Source: the human T2T-CHM13v2.0 reference genome, Homo sapiens. From it: a stretch of 64,000 nucleotides of DNA. The position numbers and the translations under genes were made by a program. Location of the stretch: NCBI RefSeq assembly GCF_009914755.1, contig NC_060928.1. One strand, given 5' to 3'. A model generated the notes under the pieces. It saw nothing but the letters and a program-made list of their open reading frames with translations. It ran no database searches and was not told where the DNA came from. Below, one piece after another: positions 31,571 through 45,745 of this stretch (position 1 is its first letter; each line of letters opens with the position of its first letter).

Positions 31571-32556
31571 CTGTTACCTGATTTGTTATACTTTCTATGT
31601 CTGTTTCTCTCTGCAACACTACTTTTCAGTAATTGCTGTCCCTCCAATCTCTGTATTTAAATCCTGGTAGTTTTCTTGGATAGCTCATATTTTAGATATA
31701 ATTTGCTTTGGTGAATTAGTGAATGTCTTCAATATTTCCACAAACCTCTCTGTATCATATTTACCCCATTTTGACTTCACTTCTTTGTATTGGAGAACTG
31801 GCTGCCACATGTAGCCTTGTCGACTGGCATCTCTGTGTGTGTTTTGCTGAGCGCCTTCTGCCAAACTTCTGTATTACAAAAGACAACAGCATTATTTACA
31901 ACAGTGAAAGATGGTTAATAACCTAGATAGTTAACATGAGTGGAAATATTCAGTAAATTATGATAATTCCCTAAAATGGAATATTTTGAAGACATGAAAA
32001 AAATGATATTTATGAAGAATTTGTAATGGTGATAAAATGATTATAATAAAAATATTTATGGCAGGATTCCAAGTATGGAAAGAAAATAAGATCTTCAGAA
32101 TGCTTGAGTTAGCTAACAGAAACTGGCTCTGAATGCAAGGTTTTCAGATTTTTATTTTGTATTTCTTTAAATATTTTTGTTTTCAAATATTTCTGTGCTA
32201 AGAACAATTTTCTTTCTTTGTTGGAAAAAGTAACTTCTGTAAAAAATTGAGGAAAGCAAATCTGTAAGATGAACTTAGTCCACTTAGTTTTTGTATGGTT
32301 TCATAAATTAAAATTATATTTTTAAACTGTCTCAGAGTGGAACTGTTTTTTAAAGACAACCTTTAATGCTTATGCCAGAGGAGACACTAAAATATAGAAG
32401 CTCCTTTGTAATGATAATCTGTAGGTTGAACAACAACTCCATGCCCCATTTTTCAATCAATATTTAATGTAGCAAGGGCCTCTGGCATGATTCATGACAG
32501 TAAAAGTGTCGAGAAAAGCACAAATCAGTTCCCCAGTTATTAACTGTGCTTTAACT

Positions 32557-33056
32557 CAGCATTTTCCAGAATGTACTCTGAGACACATTAACTTTCAAGA
32601 TTCTCTGAACAAATGTTTCTGTGGTCAAATTAAGTTAGGGAAATCCTGCAGTATGGTTTACAGGACAGCCTGGAAGCTAATTGATTAAATTTCTGACTCT
32701 GGAAATTACTCGTTGGAAATTTTTACTTAAAATTTCTATGCTTCCGTTTCTTTGTGTATAAAATAGGAAATATGTTGTGTGGTGGTATGAATAACAAATG
32801 ACATAATAAATGTAAAATGTCTGGCACAGTGCCTGACCCACAATTATCTACTGTAATTATTTTTATACTCTTTCCTCTTCTTGAAGCTGAATAGGATTGA
32901 CAATATAGCATATTAAGGATTCTGATAAATTGTGCAGTAAGGAGACATGTTTAACTTTATTTAAGGTTAATGTCACAAACATTTCACCATGGGATGCTGT
33001 AATGGTTACTTCCCCCATGGAACTGGTGCTCTAGAAAACACACATTGGAAGCATGG
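32557..33056. mobile_element. MER103-like hAT element with a MIR inside (~32700-32865)
   Basis: tctgtggtcaaattaagttagggaaatcctgca; tagcatattaaggattctga..gcagtaagga. Confidence 0.6.
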
Positions 33057-35791
33057 CTCCGGATAGTTCTAAGGAAGCACCCTGTAACATGCAGGTGCAT
33101 TCTCTACTATGTTCAAAACAAACACCAACAGGCCATTAGTGAAAATGGCCGAGTAAGGAACTCTGAAATTCCATAGTTTCATAAAAGCAATAAAAAAGCA
33201 TTGATAAAATTGTTAGAAGTAACTTTTTTGGAACTCTGGAGATTAACCAAAGGCTTAGACAACCCAAGAGGCACTTATTCAAGAACAGCAGCTGAACTTT
33301 GTTGAGAACAGTAAGCTTTGTGGTATTTTAACTTACCCTAGTCTCATTCCCCATTTACTAGCTCAGCGATAGCCTTGAAAATAACAACCCATGTGCCTTG
33401 TACCAGAGAGAGCAGAAGAGACCTTTTTCATACAGAATTATAATTACTCGGTATGTTTGTTGGCTTTCCGGAAGAAGACTAGCTGGAAAGGCTTTTCTTT
33501 ATTTTACTCAACTTGGAACTTTCCCAGTGCTACTTGGGAGAAGGGTAATTGTCTAAAACATTTACAGGAAAATGTTCCAGTCACTGCTGCGTGAAGTGAT
33601 AGATAATAGTTGGTGCAAACAATAGACTAAAAAGCTTTAGAAGAAATGCTGGGAAATAGGGCTCAAAAGCTTCTGTCTATTTCTGGGAATCTATAGGTTC
33701 ATGTGCATGCCCAGGCTTGTGCACCTGCCTCGAGAAAGACTTGAGGAAGCCCCAGACTTTCACCTCTGCCTAACCTTGAGGGTCTGTGCTAGCAGGAAGT
33801 GAAGGCTAAGGCAGAGCTGTCAACTATCTGGCTGAGTGTTGAGGGTGTGCTCTAACAAACACAAAGCTCTTCTGCAAATGATGGAAGATTTCTTGGTTCT
33901 AAGAGTTTAAGGAAATCTCTTTATAGTCGTTAGATGACCACTAAGCTAATGGAACAGAAATAAAAGAATGAAGAGAAATGAACAAAGTCTTAGAGACACA
34001 TGAGGTGCCATCAAGTGTAGCAACCATAATGGCAACCCCAGAAGTAGAAGAAAAAGAGAAAAGAGAAGAAATAATATTTGAAGATAATAATGGTAAAAAG
34101 TAATCCAAATGTGACAAAAAACAATAAGCTACACTTCCAAGAAGCTCAGTGAATCCCTAGTAAGATAAACTAAAAAAGAACCACACCGAGATTAATTAAA
34201 CTGTCACAGTTAAACACAGAATTTTGAAAGCAGCAAGGGAGAAGTGACTCATCAGGTGTAGTAAGATTAACAGCTGATTTCCCATCAAACTCTGTGGAGG
34301 CCAGAAGGCAGTGAGATGACATACTCAAAGTGCTGAAAAAATCTACTGTCAATCAAGAATTGTATATCTGAAAAACTATCTTTAAAAATGAAGAAGAAAT
34401 TAAGACATTTCCAGATAAACAAAAATTGAGTTTGTCACTAGTAGACTTGTCCTGCAACAGATAGTAAAGAGAGTCATTCAGAAATGAAATGTAAGGATAG
34501 TATAGAGTAACTCAAAGCTGCATGAAGAAATTAAGAACACCAGTAAAGTTAACTACATGGATAAATGAGACACAGCATAAATGTATTTTTGTTTGCAATT
34601 CTTTTTATTCCATGTGTGTTAAAAATTGTATAAAGTTATTAAATCTATATAGATAGGCACATAATAAAGCTATAATATGTGGTAAAAACAGCATAAAGGG
34701 GATGAATGAAGAGATATGACAGCATAGATTTTGTATATATTTGAAATTAAGTGGTATTAATAGAAACTGGATTATTATAAATTGAGATGCTAATTATAAT
34801 ACCCAGGGCAATCACTACAAAAAATAATAATGTATATAGAGAGAAACCAAAAAGAAATTACTAATGGTACACTATAGAACATCTATTTAACAAAAAGAAG
34901 GCAGTAGTAGAGGAATTGACAAATAAAAAGCTATGACTTATAGAAAGCAAATAAAATAGCAAAAATAAATTCTTCCTTAACAGTAGTTACATTAAATGTA
35001 AATGGATTAAACTCTCCAATTAAAAGATAGATATTGGCAGAATGGATAAAAAACAGCTATATGCTATCTAGAAGAAACTCATTTTAAATTCCAAGGGACA
35101 AATAATTTGATAGATAGATAGATAAATGATAGAAAAAGATATTCCATGCAATAATAAACAAAATAGAAGCAGAGTGGCTAGACTAATATCAAACATAATA
35201 GACTTTAAGAAAAAATAATTACTAGAGTAAATAAGGATATTATATAATAATAAAAAGGTCAACCCACCAAGAGGACATAATAATTACAAATATTTATGGA
35301 TCTCATAATATAGCCCCAAGACGTATGAAGCAAAAAGCGGCAGAATTGAGGGTGGAAATGAACATGTGAACAATAATAGTTGGAGACTTAAATACTCTAC
35401 TTTCAAAAATGAAAAGAGCAACTAGACAGAATATCATCAAAGAAATCAAAGACTTGAACAATATAAATGAACTATAACTGGTGGACATGTACATAACAGT
35501 CCACCTAACAACAGCAAAATGCACATTCTACTTAAGTGCTCATGAAACATTTTCCAAGATAGACCAAATGTTTGACCATAAAACAGTCTCAATAAGTTTA
35601 AAAATATTTAAATTATACAATGTATGCCTGTGATCGCAACAGAAAAAAGTTAGGAATCAATAATAAAAGGAAAGCTGGAAGATTCACCAATATGTGGAAA
35701 TTAAACAGCACATTCCTAAATAACCAAAACTAGAAAATAGTTTGAGGTGAATAAAAATGAAAACACAGCATATCAAAACTCATGGTATGCA

Positions 35792-36300
35792 TATATCATA
35801 GATTTGTGGGATCTAAAAATCAAAACAATTGAACTCATGGACATAGAGAGTAGAAGGATGGTTACCAGAGGATAATTAATGGGTACAAAAAATAGTTAAA
35901 AAGAATGAATGAGGCCTACTATTTGACAGCACAACAGGGTGACTGTAATCAATAATAATTATATGTTTTAAAATAACTAAAAGAATATAATTGGATTTTT
36001 AGTAACTCAAAGGATAAATACTTGAGAGGTTGGATATCCCATTCTCCATGATGTGATTATTAATACCTAGTATTTGATCGTACAATAGGATGAGTGCAGT
36101 CAAAATAATTTAACCATACATTTTAAAATAACTAAAATAGTATAATTGGATTGTTTGTAACACAAAGGATAACTGTTTGAGAGATGGATACTTCAGTTTC
36201 CATGATGTGATTATTATGCATTGCAGCCTGTATCAAGACATCTCATGGATCCCATAAACACATACACCTACTATGTACCCATAAAAATTAAAAGTTAAAA
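35792..36300 (+). mobile_element. L1MA1-3-type 3' end nested in L1MB
   Basis: acacctactatgtacccataaaaattaaaa terminus; TSD aaaactcatggtatgca/aaaacctttatggtatgca. Confidence 0.88.
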
Positions 36301-36741
36301 AAAACCTTTATGGTATGCAGTGAAAGCAGTGCTCAGAGGGAAATTTATAGTTGAATGTTTACATTAAAAAGACAAGGAAGATCTCAAATCAATAACCTAA
36401 TCTTTCACTTTAAGAATCTAGACAAAGAAGAACAAACTAAATCCAACACAAGCAGAAGAAAGGAAATGCTACGAATTAGAATGGAAATAAAGGAACTAGA
36501 GAAGGTTAAAACATTGAGACAATCAAAAAAGCCAAAAATTTGCTCTTGGAAGAGGTCTACAAAATTGTCAAGCCTTTTACCTAGACTGATTGAGAAAGAA
36601 AGATGACTGAAAGTACTAAAATTAGGAATAAAAGTGGGGACATTTCTACTAACCTTACAGAAATAAAAAGGATTGTAAGAGAATATTATGAATAATTGTA
36701 TGCCAATAAATTAGATAACCAAGATCTAATAGACAAATTTC

Positions 36742-38407
36742 TTTTTTTTCTTTATTCTAAAAAAAAAACAGGGATACACATGCAGAACATGCAGGTTTGT
36801 CACATACGTATACCTGTGCCATGGTGGTTTGCTGCACCTATTGACCCATCCTCTAAGTTCCCTCTCCTCAACCCCATCCCACAACAGGCCCTGGTGTGTG
36901 TTGTTCCCTTCTCTGTGTCCATATATTCTCATTGTTCAACTCCCACTTGTGAGTGAGATTATGCGGTGTTTGATTTTCTGTTCTTCTGTTAGTTTGCTGA
37001 GGATGATGGCTTCTAGCTTCATCCATGTCCCTGCAAAGGACATGATCTCATTCTTTTTTATGTCTGCCTAGTATTTCATGGTGTATATGTGCCACATTTT
37101 CTTTATCCAGTCTATCATTGATGGGCATTTGGGTTGGTTCCATGTCTTTGGTATTGTAGCTAGTGTGTATGTATGTAGTATGTAGCAATAAACCTAGGTG
37201 TGCATGTGTCTTTATAGTACAATGATTTATATTCCTTTGAGTATATACCTAGTAATGGGATTGCTGGGTCAAATGGTATTTTTGGTTCCAGATCCCTGAG
37301 GAATCACAATACTGTCTTCTACCATGGTTGAACTAATTTGCATTCCCACCAACAGTGTAAAAGCGTTCGTATTTCTCCACAACCTCATCTATTTCTCCAC
37401 AGCATCTATTGTTTCCTGACTTTTTAATAATCACCATTCTGACTGGCGTGAGATGGTATCTCATTGTGGTTTCGATTTGCATTTCTGTGATGATCAGTGA
37501 TGTTGAGCTTTTTTTCATATGTTTGGTGGCTGCGTAAATGTTTTCTTTTGAGAAGTGTCTGTTCATGTCTTTTGCCCACTTTTTGATGGGGTTGTTTTTT
37601 CTTGTAAATATGTTTAAGTTCCTTGTAAATTCTGGGTATTAGACCTTTGTCAGATAGGGAGATTGCAAAAATTTTCTTCCATTCTATAGGTTGCCTGTTC
37701 ACTCTGATGCTAGTTTCTTTTGCTGTGCAGAAGCTCTTTAGTTTAATTAGATCCCATTTGTCAATTTTGGCTTTTGTTGCAATTGCTTTTGGTATTTTCC
37801 TCATGAAGTCTTTGCCCATGACTGTGTCCTGAATAGTATTCCCTAGGTTTTCTTCCAGGGCTTTAATGGTTTTGGGTTTTACATTTAAGTCTTTAATCCA
37901 TCTTTTTTTTTTTTTTTTTTTTTCGAGACAGAGTCTCGCTCTGTCACCCAGGCTAGAGTGCAGTGGCACAATCTTGGCTCACTGCAAGCTCTGCCTCCCA
38001 GGTTCACGCCGTTCTCCTGCCTCAGCCTCCTGAGTAGCTGGGACTACAGGTGCCTGACTAATTTTTTGTATTTTTAGTAGAGACGGGGTTTCACTGTGTT
38101 AGCCAGGATGGTCTCGATCTCCTGACCTCGTGATCCACCCTCCTTGGCCTCCCAAAGTGCTGGGATTACAGGCATGAGCTACTACTCCTGGCCTTTAATC
38201 CATCTTGAGTTAATTTTTGTATAAGGTGTAAGGAAGGGGTCCAGTTTCCAATTTTCTGCGTATGGCTAGCCACTTTTCCAAGCACCATTTGCTGAACAGG
38301 AGATCCTTTCCCCATTGCTTGTTTTTGTCCAGTTTGTGGAAGATCAGATGGTTGTAGATGTGTGGTGTTATTTCTGAAGTCTGTGTTCTGCTCTATTGGT
38401 CTATATG
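36742..38407 (-). mobile_element. 5'-truncated L1PA (intermediate age) nested antisense in L1MB
   Basis: ORF2 C-terminal translation [29 protein letters not shown]; TSD aatagacaaatttct/aatggacaaatttct. Confidence 0.93.
37905..38193 (-). mobile_element. AluY nested in L1PA
   Basis: Y diagnostics; TSD tttaatccatctt. Confidence 0.95.
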
Positions 38408-39631
38408 AAATGGACAAATTTCTAGAAACACAAACACTGCCAAAACTTATTTAAGGACAAATAGAAAATCTAGATAGACTTATAACAAGTAAAAAGATTT
38501 TGATAATTTTAGAACTTTTAACAAAGAAAAATTCAGGACCATATAGTTTCATGGGTAAATTCTACAAACATTTAAATGAAAATTAACACCAATCGTTCTC
38601 AAATTCGTTGAAAAATATAAAAGGAGGAAACACTTCCTAACTTATTCTGTGATGCCAGTATTACCCTGATATCAATGCCAGATTTCACCTTGGGCAAGTG
38701 CTTCTTACTGTTGACTTCAAAAACACAGTAACAAAAAAGTAAAAATAAAAAATATAAATTAGATTTCATCAAAATTAAATATTTTTATGCATCGAAGGAC
38801 ACTATCAAGAAAAGGTAAAAACAACCCACAGAATGGGAGAAGTGATGTAAAAATCATATATTTGATAAGGACCTAATAAACAGAATGCATAAAGAACTCT
38901 AAAATTCAACAATAAAAAGACAACCCAATTTTAAAATGAAAAAAGGATTTGAATAAATGTTTCTCAAAAGAATATATACAAATGATCAATAAACACATGA
39001 AAAGATGCTCAACATTATTAGTATTTACAAAAATGTAAATCAAACCCACAATGATACACTACTTCATACTCAATAGGATGGAATAATAAAACAGAATAGG
39101 AAATATTGGCGATAATGTGGAAATATTGGAATCCTTATACATTGCTAGTGGGAATGTATAATGGTGCAGGGCTGTGGAAACAGCTTGACAGTTCCTAAAA
39201 AAATTAAAGATAGAATTACAGTATGATTTAGCAAATCTACTCTTAGGTATATGCTGAAGAGAATTGAAAATAAGTATTCACACAAAAACATGCAGAATTA
39301 TTCATAATAGCCAACAAGAAGGAGTAAGGCAAATGTTGATCAACTGATGAATGGATAAACATAATATGGTGTATCCTTAAATGGAATATTTTTGAGCCAT
39401 AAGAGGAATGAAGTACTGATACATACAGCAACATGGATGAACTTTTAAAACTTTATGTTAAGTGAAAGAAGTCTGCCAGAAAAGGTCACATATTGTATGA
39501 TTTCATTTATATGGACTGTCTAGAATAAACAAATCCATAGAAATGGAAAGTAGATTAATGGCTGTAGAAGGGAGTGGAATTGAGAGTGACTGCTAACAGG
39601 TACAATGCTTCTTGCTGGAGTGAAACGTCCT

Positions 39632-39685
39632 GGAATTAGATAGAGGTATGGAATTAGATAGAGGTCCTGGAATTAAATAGAGGTA
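39632..39685. repeat. Short triplication ggaattagatagaggt in the L1MB 3'UTR
   Basis: Three near-identical copies read directly. Confidence 0.8.
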
Positions 39686-39739
39686 TGGTTGCCCAATATT
39701 GTTATGCTCAAGTTCAATGAATTGTACACTTTAAAATGG

Positions 39740-40422
<683 letters not shown>

Positions 40423-40970
40423 CATCGTGAATTTACATTATGTGAATTATATCTCAATAAAAATATTGGAAAAATAATAAAAAGAGGGCAAAGGAAAGAA
40501 CAATAAATGTGAACAAACACCACATATGGTTGATCCTTGAACAACATGGATTTGAACTGTGCAGGTCCACTTATATGTAGGTATTTTTCAATAAACATAT
40601 TGGAACAATTTTTGGAGATTTTCAACAATTTGAAAAAAACTTGCAGAAGAAAAACTTGTGTGGCCTAAAAATACTGAAAAAATTAAGAAAAAGATATTTC
40701 ATGAATACCTAAAATATATGTAGAGACTAGTTGATCACTTACTACCATAAAATGTATACAAATCTATTATAAAAGGTTAACATTTATCAAAACATACACA
40801 CAGACACAGACTGTACATGGTGCCATTTGAAGTCAAAAGAAACGTAAACAAATATGAAGATGCTGTATTAAATAGTAACTGCATGAAACTTAGTATATAT
40901 TGTACTACTGTAAAAATTTCATAGCCACCTCCTGTTGCTATTGTGGTGAGCTCAAGTTTTTCGAGTATGT

Positions 40971-41252
40971 ACTCTCAGCAACTATCGCAAGGACAAAAAA
41001 CCAAACACCGCATGTTCTCACTCATAGGTGGGAATTGAACAATGAGAACACGTGGACACAGGAAGGGGAACATCACACACTGGGGCCTGTTGTGAGGTGG
41101 GGGAAGGGGGGAGGGATAGCATTAGGAGATATACCTAATGTTAAATGATGAGTTAATGGGTGCAACACACCAACATGGCACATGTATGCATATGTAACTA
41201 ACCTGCACGTTGTGCACATGTACCCTAAAACTTAAAGTATAATGAAAAAAAA
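40971..41252 (+). mobile_element. Young L1PA (PA2-4-like) 3' end nested in Tigger2
   Basis: ctatcgcaaggacaaaaaaccaaacaccgcatg...gtaccctaaaacttaaagtataat plus A tail. Confidence 0.95.
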
Positions 41253-41384
41253 TGCCATGTGATGCTAATAATCTCCAGGTGAGCAGTTTGTTGCCCCTCT
41301 AAATGTGTATCACCAGTGAATAGTGATCTCTTGTAGTTCTGGAATATTTTTCATCATGTTTAGTGCAATACTTTGGAAAACACC

Positions 41385-41902
41385 ATGAGACCTATACAAA
41401 GTGCTAAGAGTGATGCTGGCGGTGCTTCCAAGAAGCAGAGAAAAGTCCTGACATTACAAGAAAAAGTTGAATTGCTTGATATATACCATAGATTGAGGTC
41501 TGCAGGGCGGTTGGTTGCCTGCCATTTCAAGAAAATGAATCCACGATAAAGACCAATGTGAAGCCATTGCTATAGCTACACTGGCAGGCATGAAAACCTT
41601 GCACTTTTTGTGAAATACCTCTTTATCTTACATTGAAAGTGCAGCTGTTATATGGGTGCAGGATTGCTACAAGGAAGGCATACCCATAGAGTGTAATGAT
41701 TCAAGAAAAAGCCGTCACTATATGAAAACTTAAAGCAAAAGGAAGGCGAAGGATCTAAAACCAAAGAATTTAAGGCCAGCAAAGAATGGTTTGACAATTT
41801 TAGAAAGAGGTTTAACTTTAAAAATGTCAAGTTAACAGAAGAAGTGCTTCTGCCAACCAAGAGCCAGCAGATGAGTTCTCAGATGCCATTAAGAAAATCA
41901 TT
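41385..41902 (+). pseudogene. Tigger2 transposase N-terminal remnant (CENP-B-type HTH), frameshifted
   Basis: Manual translation MRPIQSAKSDAGGASKKQRKVLTLQEKVELLDIYHRLRSA ... WVQDCYKEGIPI ... EFKASKEWFDNFRKRF, in shifting frames. Confidence 0.85.
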
Positions 41903-42187
41903 GGTTGGCATGATAGCTCATGCCTGTAATCCTAGCATTTTGAGAGGCCTAGGTGGGAGGATTGTTTGAGCCCAGGAGTTCAAGTTCAGCTTGAGCAATA
42001 TAGCCAGATATTGTCTCTACAGAATATTTTAAAAACTAGGTGGGCATGGTGGTGTGCACCTGCAGACCCAGCTACTTGGGAGGCTGAGGCAGGAGGAGTC
42101 ACTTGAGCCTGGGAGTTCAAGGCTACAATGAGCTGTGTTTGTGTCACTGCACTCCAGCCTAGGTGACAGAGAGAGACCCTGTTGCTA
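41903..42187 (+). mobile_element. AluJ with no clear tail or TSD
   Basis: gaggattgtttgagcccaggagttcaag; ggctacaatgagctgtg. Confidence 0.9.
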
Positions 42188-42439
42188 TAAAAGAATACAG
42201 TATACAATACTTATAACATACAAAATATGTGTTAATCTATGGTTTATGTTGTTGGTAAGGCTGCCAGTCAACAGTAAGCTACTAGTAGTCAAGTTTTTGG
42301 GCAGTCAAAAGTTATACACAGACTTTTGACTGTGTAGGGAGTCGGCGCCCCTAACTCCCACATTGTTCTCAAGGGTCAACTTACTTTCTGCCCTCAATGA
42401 TGTCTGAATCAACAGTGCAATCTTAGGGCAAGTATGGCA

Positions 42440-42700
42440 GTTCATTAATTCACCCAACCTGCATTACTGCACACTACTAGCTGCCAGGCCCTGCCCTGGG
42501 CACTGTGCGCTCAGAGAGGAATGAGATGCGGCTCTTCCTTGAAGAGCTCACTGCCTGGCAGGTGAGTGACGTAAGGTGGTGCTAATGGCACTGAGACCAG
42601 GTGCTCCTGTAGGGATTAATTCAGGGGAGCAGCTACAGCTCTGACTGGGAGGAGAGGGCTGTAGGAATGAGGGCTAGGGACATTTTCATGAGGATTTATT
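42440..42700 (-). mobile_element. L2 3' end
   Basis: ttcattaattcacc...tgccaggccctgccctgggcactg...gaagagctcactgcctgg. Confidence 0.65.
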
Positions 42701-42841
42701 TATGGCTGGGGTTCAGGTTCAGGTGGGTAAGGGCAGGCTGGGAAGAGATCACCCAGACTCCACATGTCAGGCTGGTGGTTTAGACTGTGATGTAATGGTA
42801 AGCTTAAGGTGATATGGTTTTAAGCGTATTAATATAAATTA

Positions 42842-43178
<337 letters not shown>

Positions 43179-44409
43179 TTATTAAAATAATACATATTGA
43201 TCTCTTCTGGGTTCCAGACCTTATACTTGGCTTTGGGTAAATGTTGGAGAGTAAAAGAGACATTGTCACCACCGTCATGACTGACCCTTTGATTGTGTGA
43301 TTAGAAGTCTCTGTGGCAGCATGGCCCACAATGAGCAACATACACGATGTGTTTCAGTATCCAATGCCAATGGAGTGGTTAAGTCATTTGGGGACATAAT
43401 ATGATGGAATGTTATTAATCATTCAAAGTAGTGTTCATTGACAATTTTGATGTAATATGTTCAAGATTTAAGTGAAAAAGCTGGTTACACGTGAACTGGA
43501 AAAAAATTCTACTGGATATTATATTAGTGATTTCATGGGATGTGGAATTATGAAGATTTTCATTGTCTTCTGTGTCTGTTTCTGTATTTTCTATTAGAGA
43601 AATATTTTTCTACAATGAGCATATGCTATAATACTAAAAAAATTGTTGAAAACATTCTAAGAATATTTTCCACAGTGAGCATGTGCTGTAACATAGTAAA
43701 AATGTTGTTTAAAACACCATTCTAAGACAGCTAAAACTTTGGGTTTACCCTAAAATATCCTTTTAGAATTTTCAGACAGCTAGGATGAAGTGTAAAGGGA
43801 GTAGTATCTCAGTGCTTCAGATTTTCTGCACTTTCCTGTTAAAAAAAATAATAAAATATTCTCTCCTCTCCTGGCATGATTGGCTGTTGGTAACGGTGCA
43901 GGAGCCAGCACGTGGTCAACATTTCTGCATCCCCACCGTTGGGAGTGGCCATGCGAGCCAAGGAAATTGATCTCCATGTTTCCCGCACTCCAGATGGCCT
44001 TTTGACAACAAAAAGCAAACATTCCAACGGTCACCACACACATCCATCCTCTCAATTAGACTCCCTCCTCCCACCCTGGATCTGTTGGAAGGGCTACATT
44101 ATTTCTAGATCTTTACTTTGAATTCGAGGTGTGCCTTTGGTCAGCGACAACCTTAGTGGTGTTTTTTCTTTGCTAATTCTTAAGACCTTGGCATCTACGG
44201 CACCTGCTGGGGCCAGTCGCGAACACCATGAGGCTTACCTGAGCTTGTAGGAAGGGGGAGGGCGGCGTTTACATTTGTCAGCCCACATTCAGAGACCCCC
44301 AAAGAAAGAGCCTGGCTGACTGCCAACCGGCAAAAAGAAAGGAGCAGATATTAACACTCCTAATAACTAAGATTGATTTCCATGGTGTTGGCCATTTTTA
44401 AAGGAGGAA

Positions 44410-44620
44410 AACACTAATGTTTATGGAGCTCCTGCTAAGTGCCAGGCACTCCACATGGAAGCCCATTCAATCATCACAGTGTCCCTAGGAGGTAAGACTA
44501 TTTATTCTTCCTCTACAGAAGAGGAAATCGAAGCTGAGAAAATAAGAAACTTATCCAACTCACAAGAGGCAGAGGTAGGATTTGCACCCCAATTGGTCCA
44601 GTTCTAAAGACTTTGATTCT
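44410..44620 (-). mobile_element. MIR
   Basis: tttatggagctcctgctaagtgccaggcac...ctacagaagaggaaatcgaagctgaga. Confidence 0.8.
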
Positions 44621-45321
44621 TCTTCTTGTCCCAACTATTGCTTTATGAACGTGAAAAGTTGTTTATTTAAAATGTACTTTCTTGCCCATGGTATTTTTGT
44701 TATGGAATGGAAAAGGGAACGTAAAAGTGGCCATTAACTAAATAGGGAAGCCTGTTTGATTTCTGCCATAAATGGATGTGGACATGCTTCATTCATGTTT
44801 ATTGAACGAATGAATGATACACTTTAAATGCATATACCTTGAAAATGGCACGAGTGACACTTCTTGTTATTCCTTGTATTGAGTTTACTCTTTGTTCACA
44901 GTTTGCTGAGTTTAAATGAATCCATCCAACTTCTTTCTTGCTCAAGAGAACACATTAGCTTCATTTAGAAGGATACTGTTTCAACAGAAATGTCTACACA
45001 TCAAGAAAGAAAGATCCCCTACTTGTTCCTTGGCAGATTGTTAGTGTCTTACCAAACATCTCTCTCTCATGTGTTGTCCTTGATGTTTTAGCTTCCAGAC
45101 ACCAGATAGCCAAGAAGGGGAGCTCAGAAGCTTGGTTCTTTTCATGAAGTGACATGCAAATCTTAGTCTCTAACTTGGGTGACTCCAATCAGACTCTTCA
45201 GAAGGGCCATTTTTTATGGTTTCTGAAAGACTTAAAGGTTAACAGGACCCTGATCACTAACTCGTTAATCATGTCGATATGTGATTCAGATGTTTCTTCA
45301 GTTGCTAAGTAAGGAGGGCAG

Positions 45322-45745
45322 TGTATCAGTTAGCTATTGCTGCATAACAAATTGCCCTAAAACCCAATGGCTTAAAACAATAACCTTTTAACATTGCTTA
45401 ATGTGTCTACAAGTCAGCTGGGGAGTTATGCTAACCTGGGCTAGGCTTAGATCATCTCAGAGGGGTTCACTCCTGTCTCTGCAGTCAGCTGGTTGTTCAG
45501 CTAGGTACTGGCCAGTCTATAACAGCCTTGGCCGGGATGGATCATCTGTTCCACGTGATCTCTTACCTGCTAACAGGCTAGCCTGTGCTTGGCCATAGAC
45601 AGTGGCAGGGTTCCAAGAAACATCACTCGCATTATATTTTATTGATCAAATCAGGTCTCCAATTCAGCCCAAATGCAAGTAATGCAGAAATAGACCCCAT
45701 CTCTTGATGTGAGGACCTGAAAAGTTGCATTGCACAGGGTGTGGT
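45322..45745 (-). mobile_element. MLT1F/G-like LTR
   Basis: tgtatcagttagctattgctgcataacaaa...tggcttaaaacaa; tagaccccatctcttgatg. Confidence 0.75.

Larger units (their letters stand above)
40527..42381 (+). mobile_element. Internally deleted Tigger2 (pogo/TcMar) DNA transposon
   Basis: TIRs tggttgatccttgaacaa / ttgttctcaagggtcaact, each flanked by TA. Confidence 0.9.

Noticed and set aside
37333-37969. ORFs with L1 ORF2 C-terminal peptides
   Set aside because: Fragments of a truncated, frameshifted, Alu-interrupted L1; not functional CDS
41385-41902. Domesticated Tigger-derived (TIGD-like) gene
   Set aside because: Frameshifts, loss of the catalytic domain and retained TIRs indicate a decayed transposon
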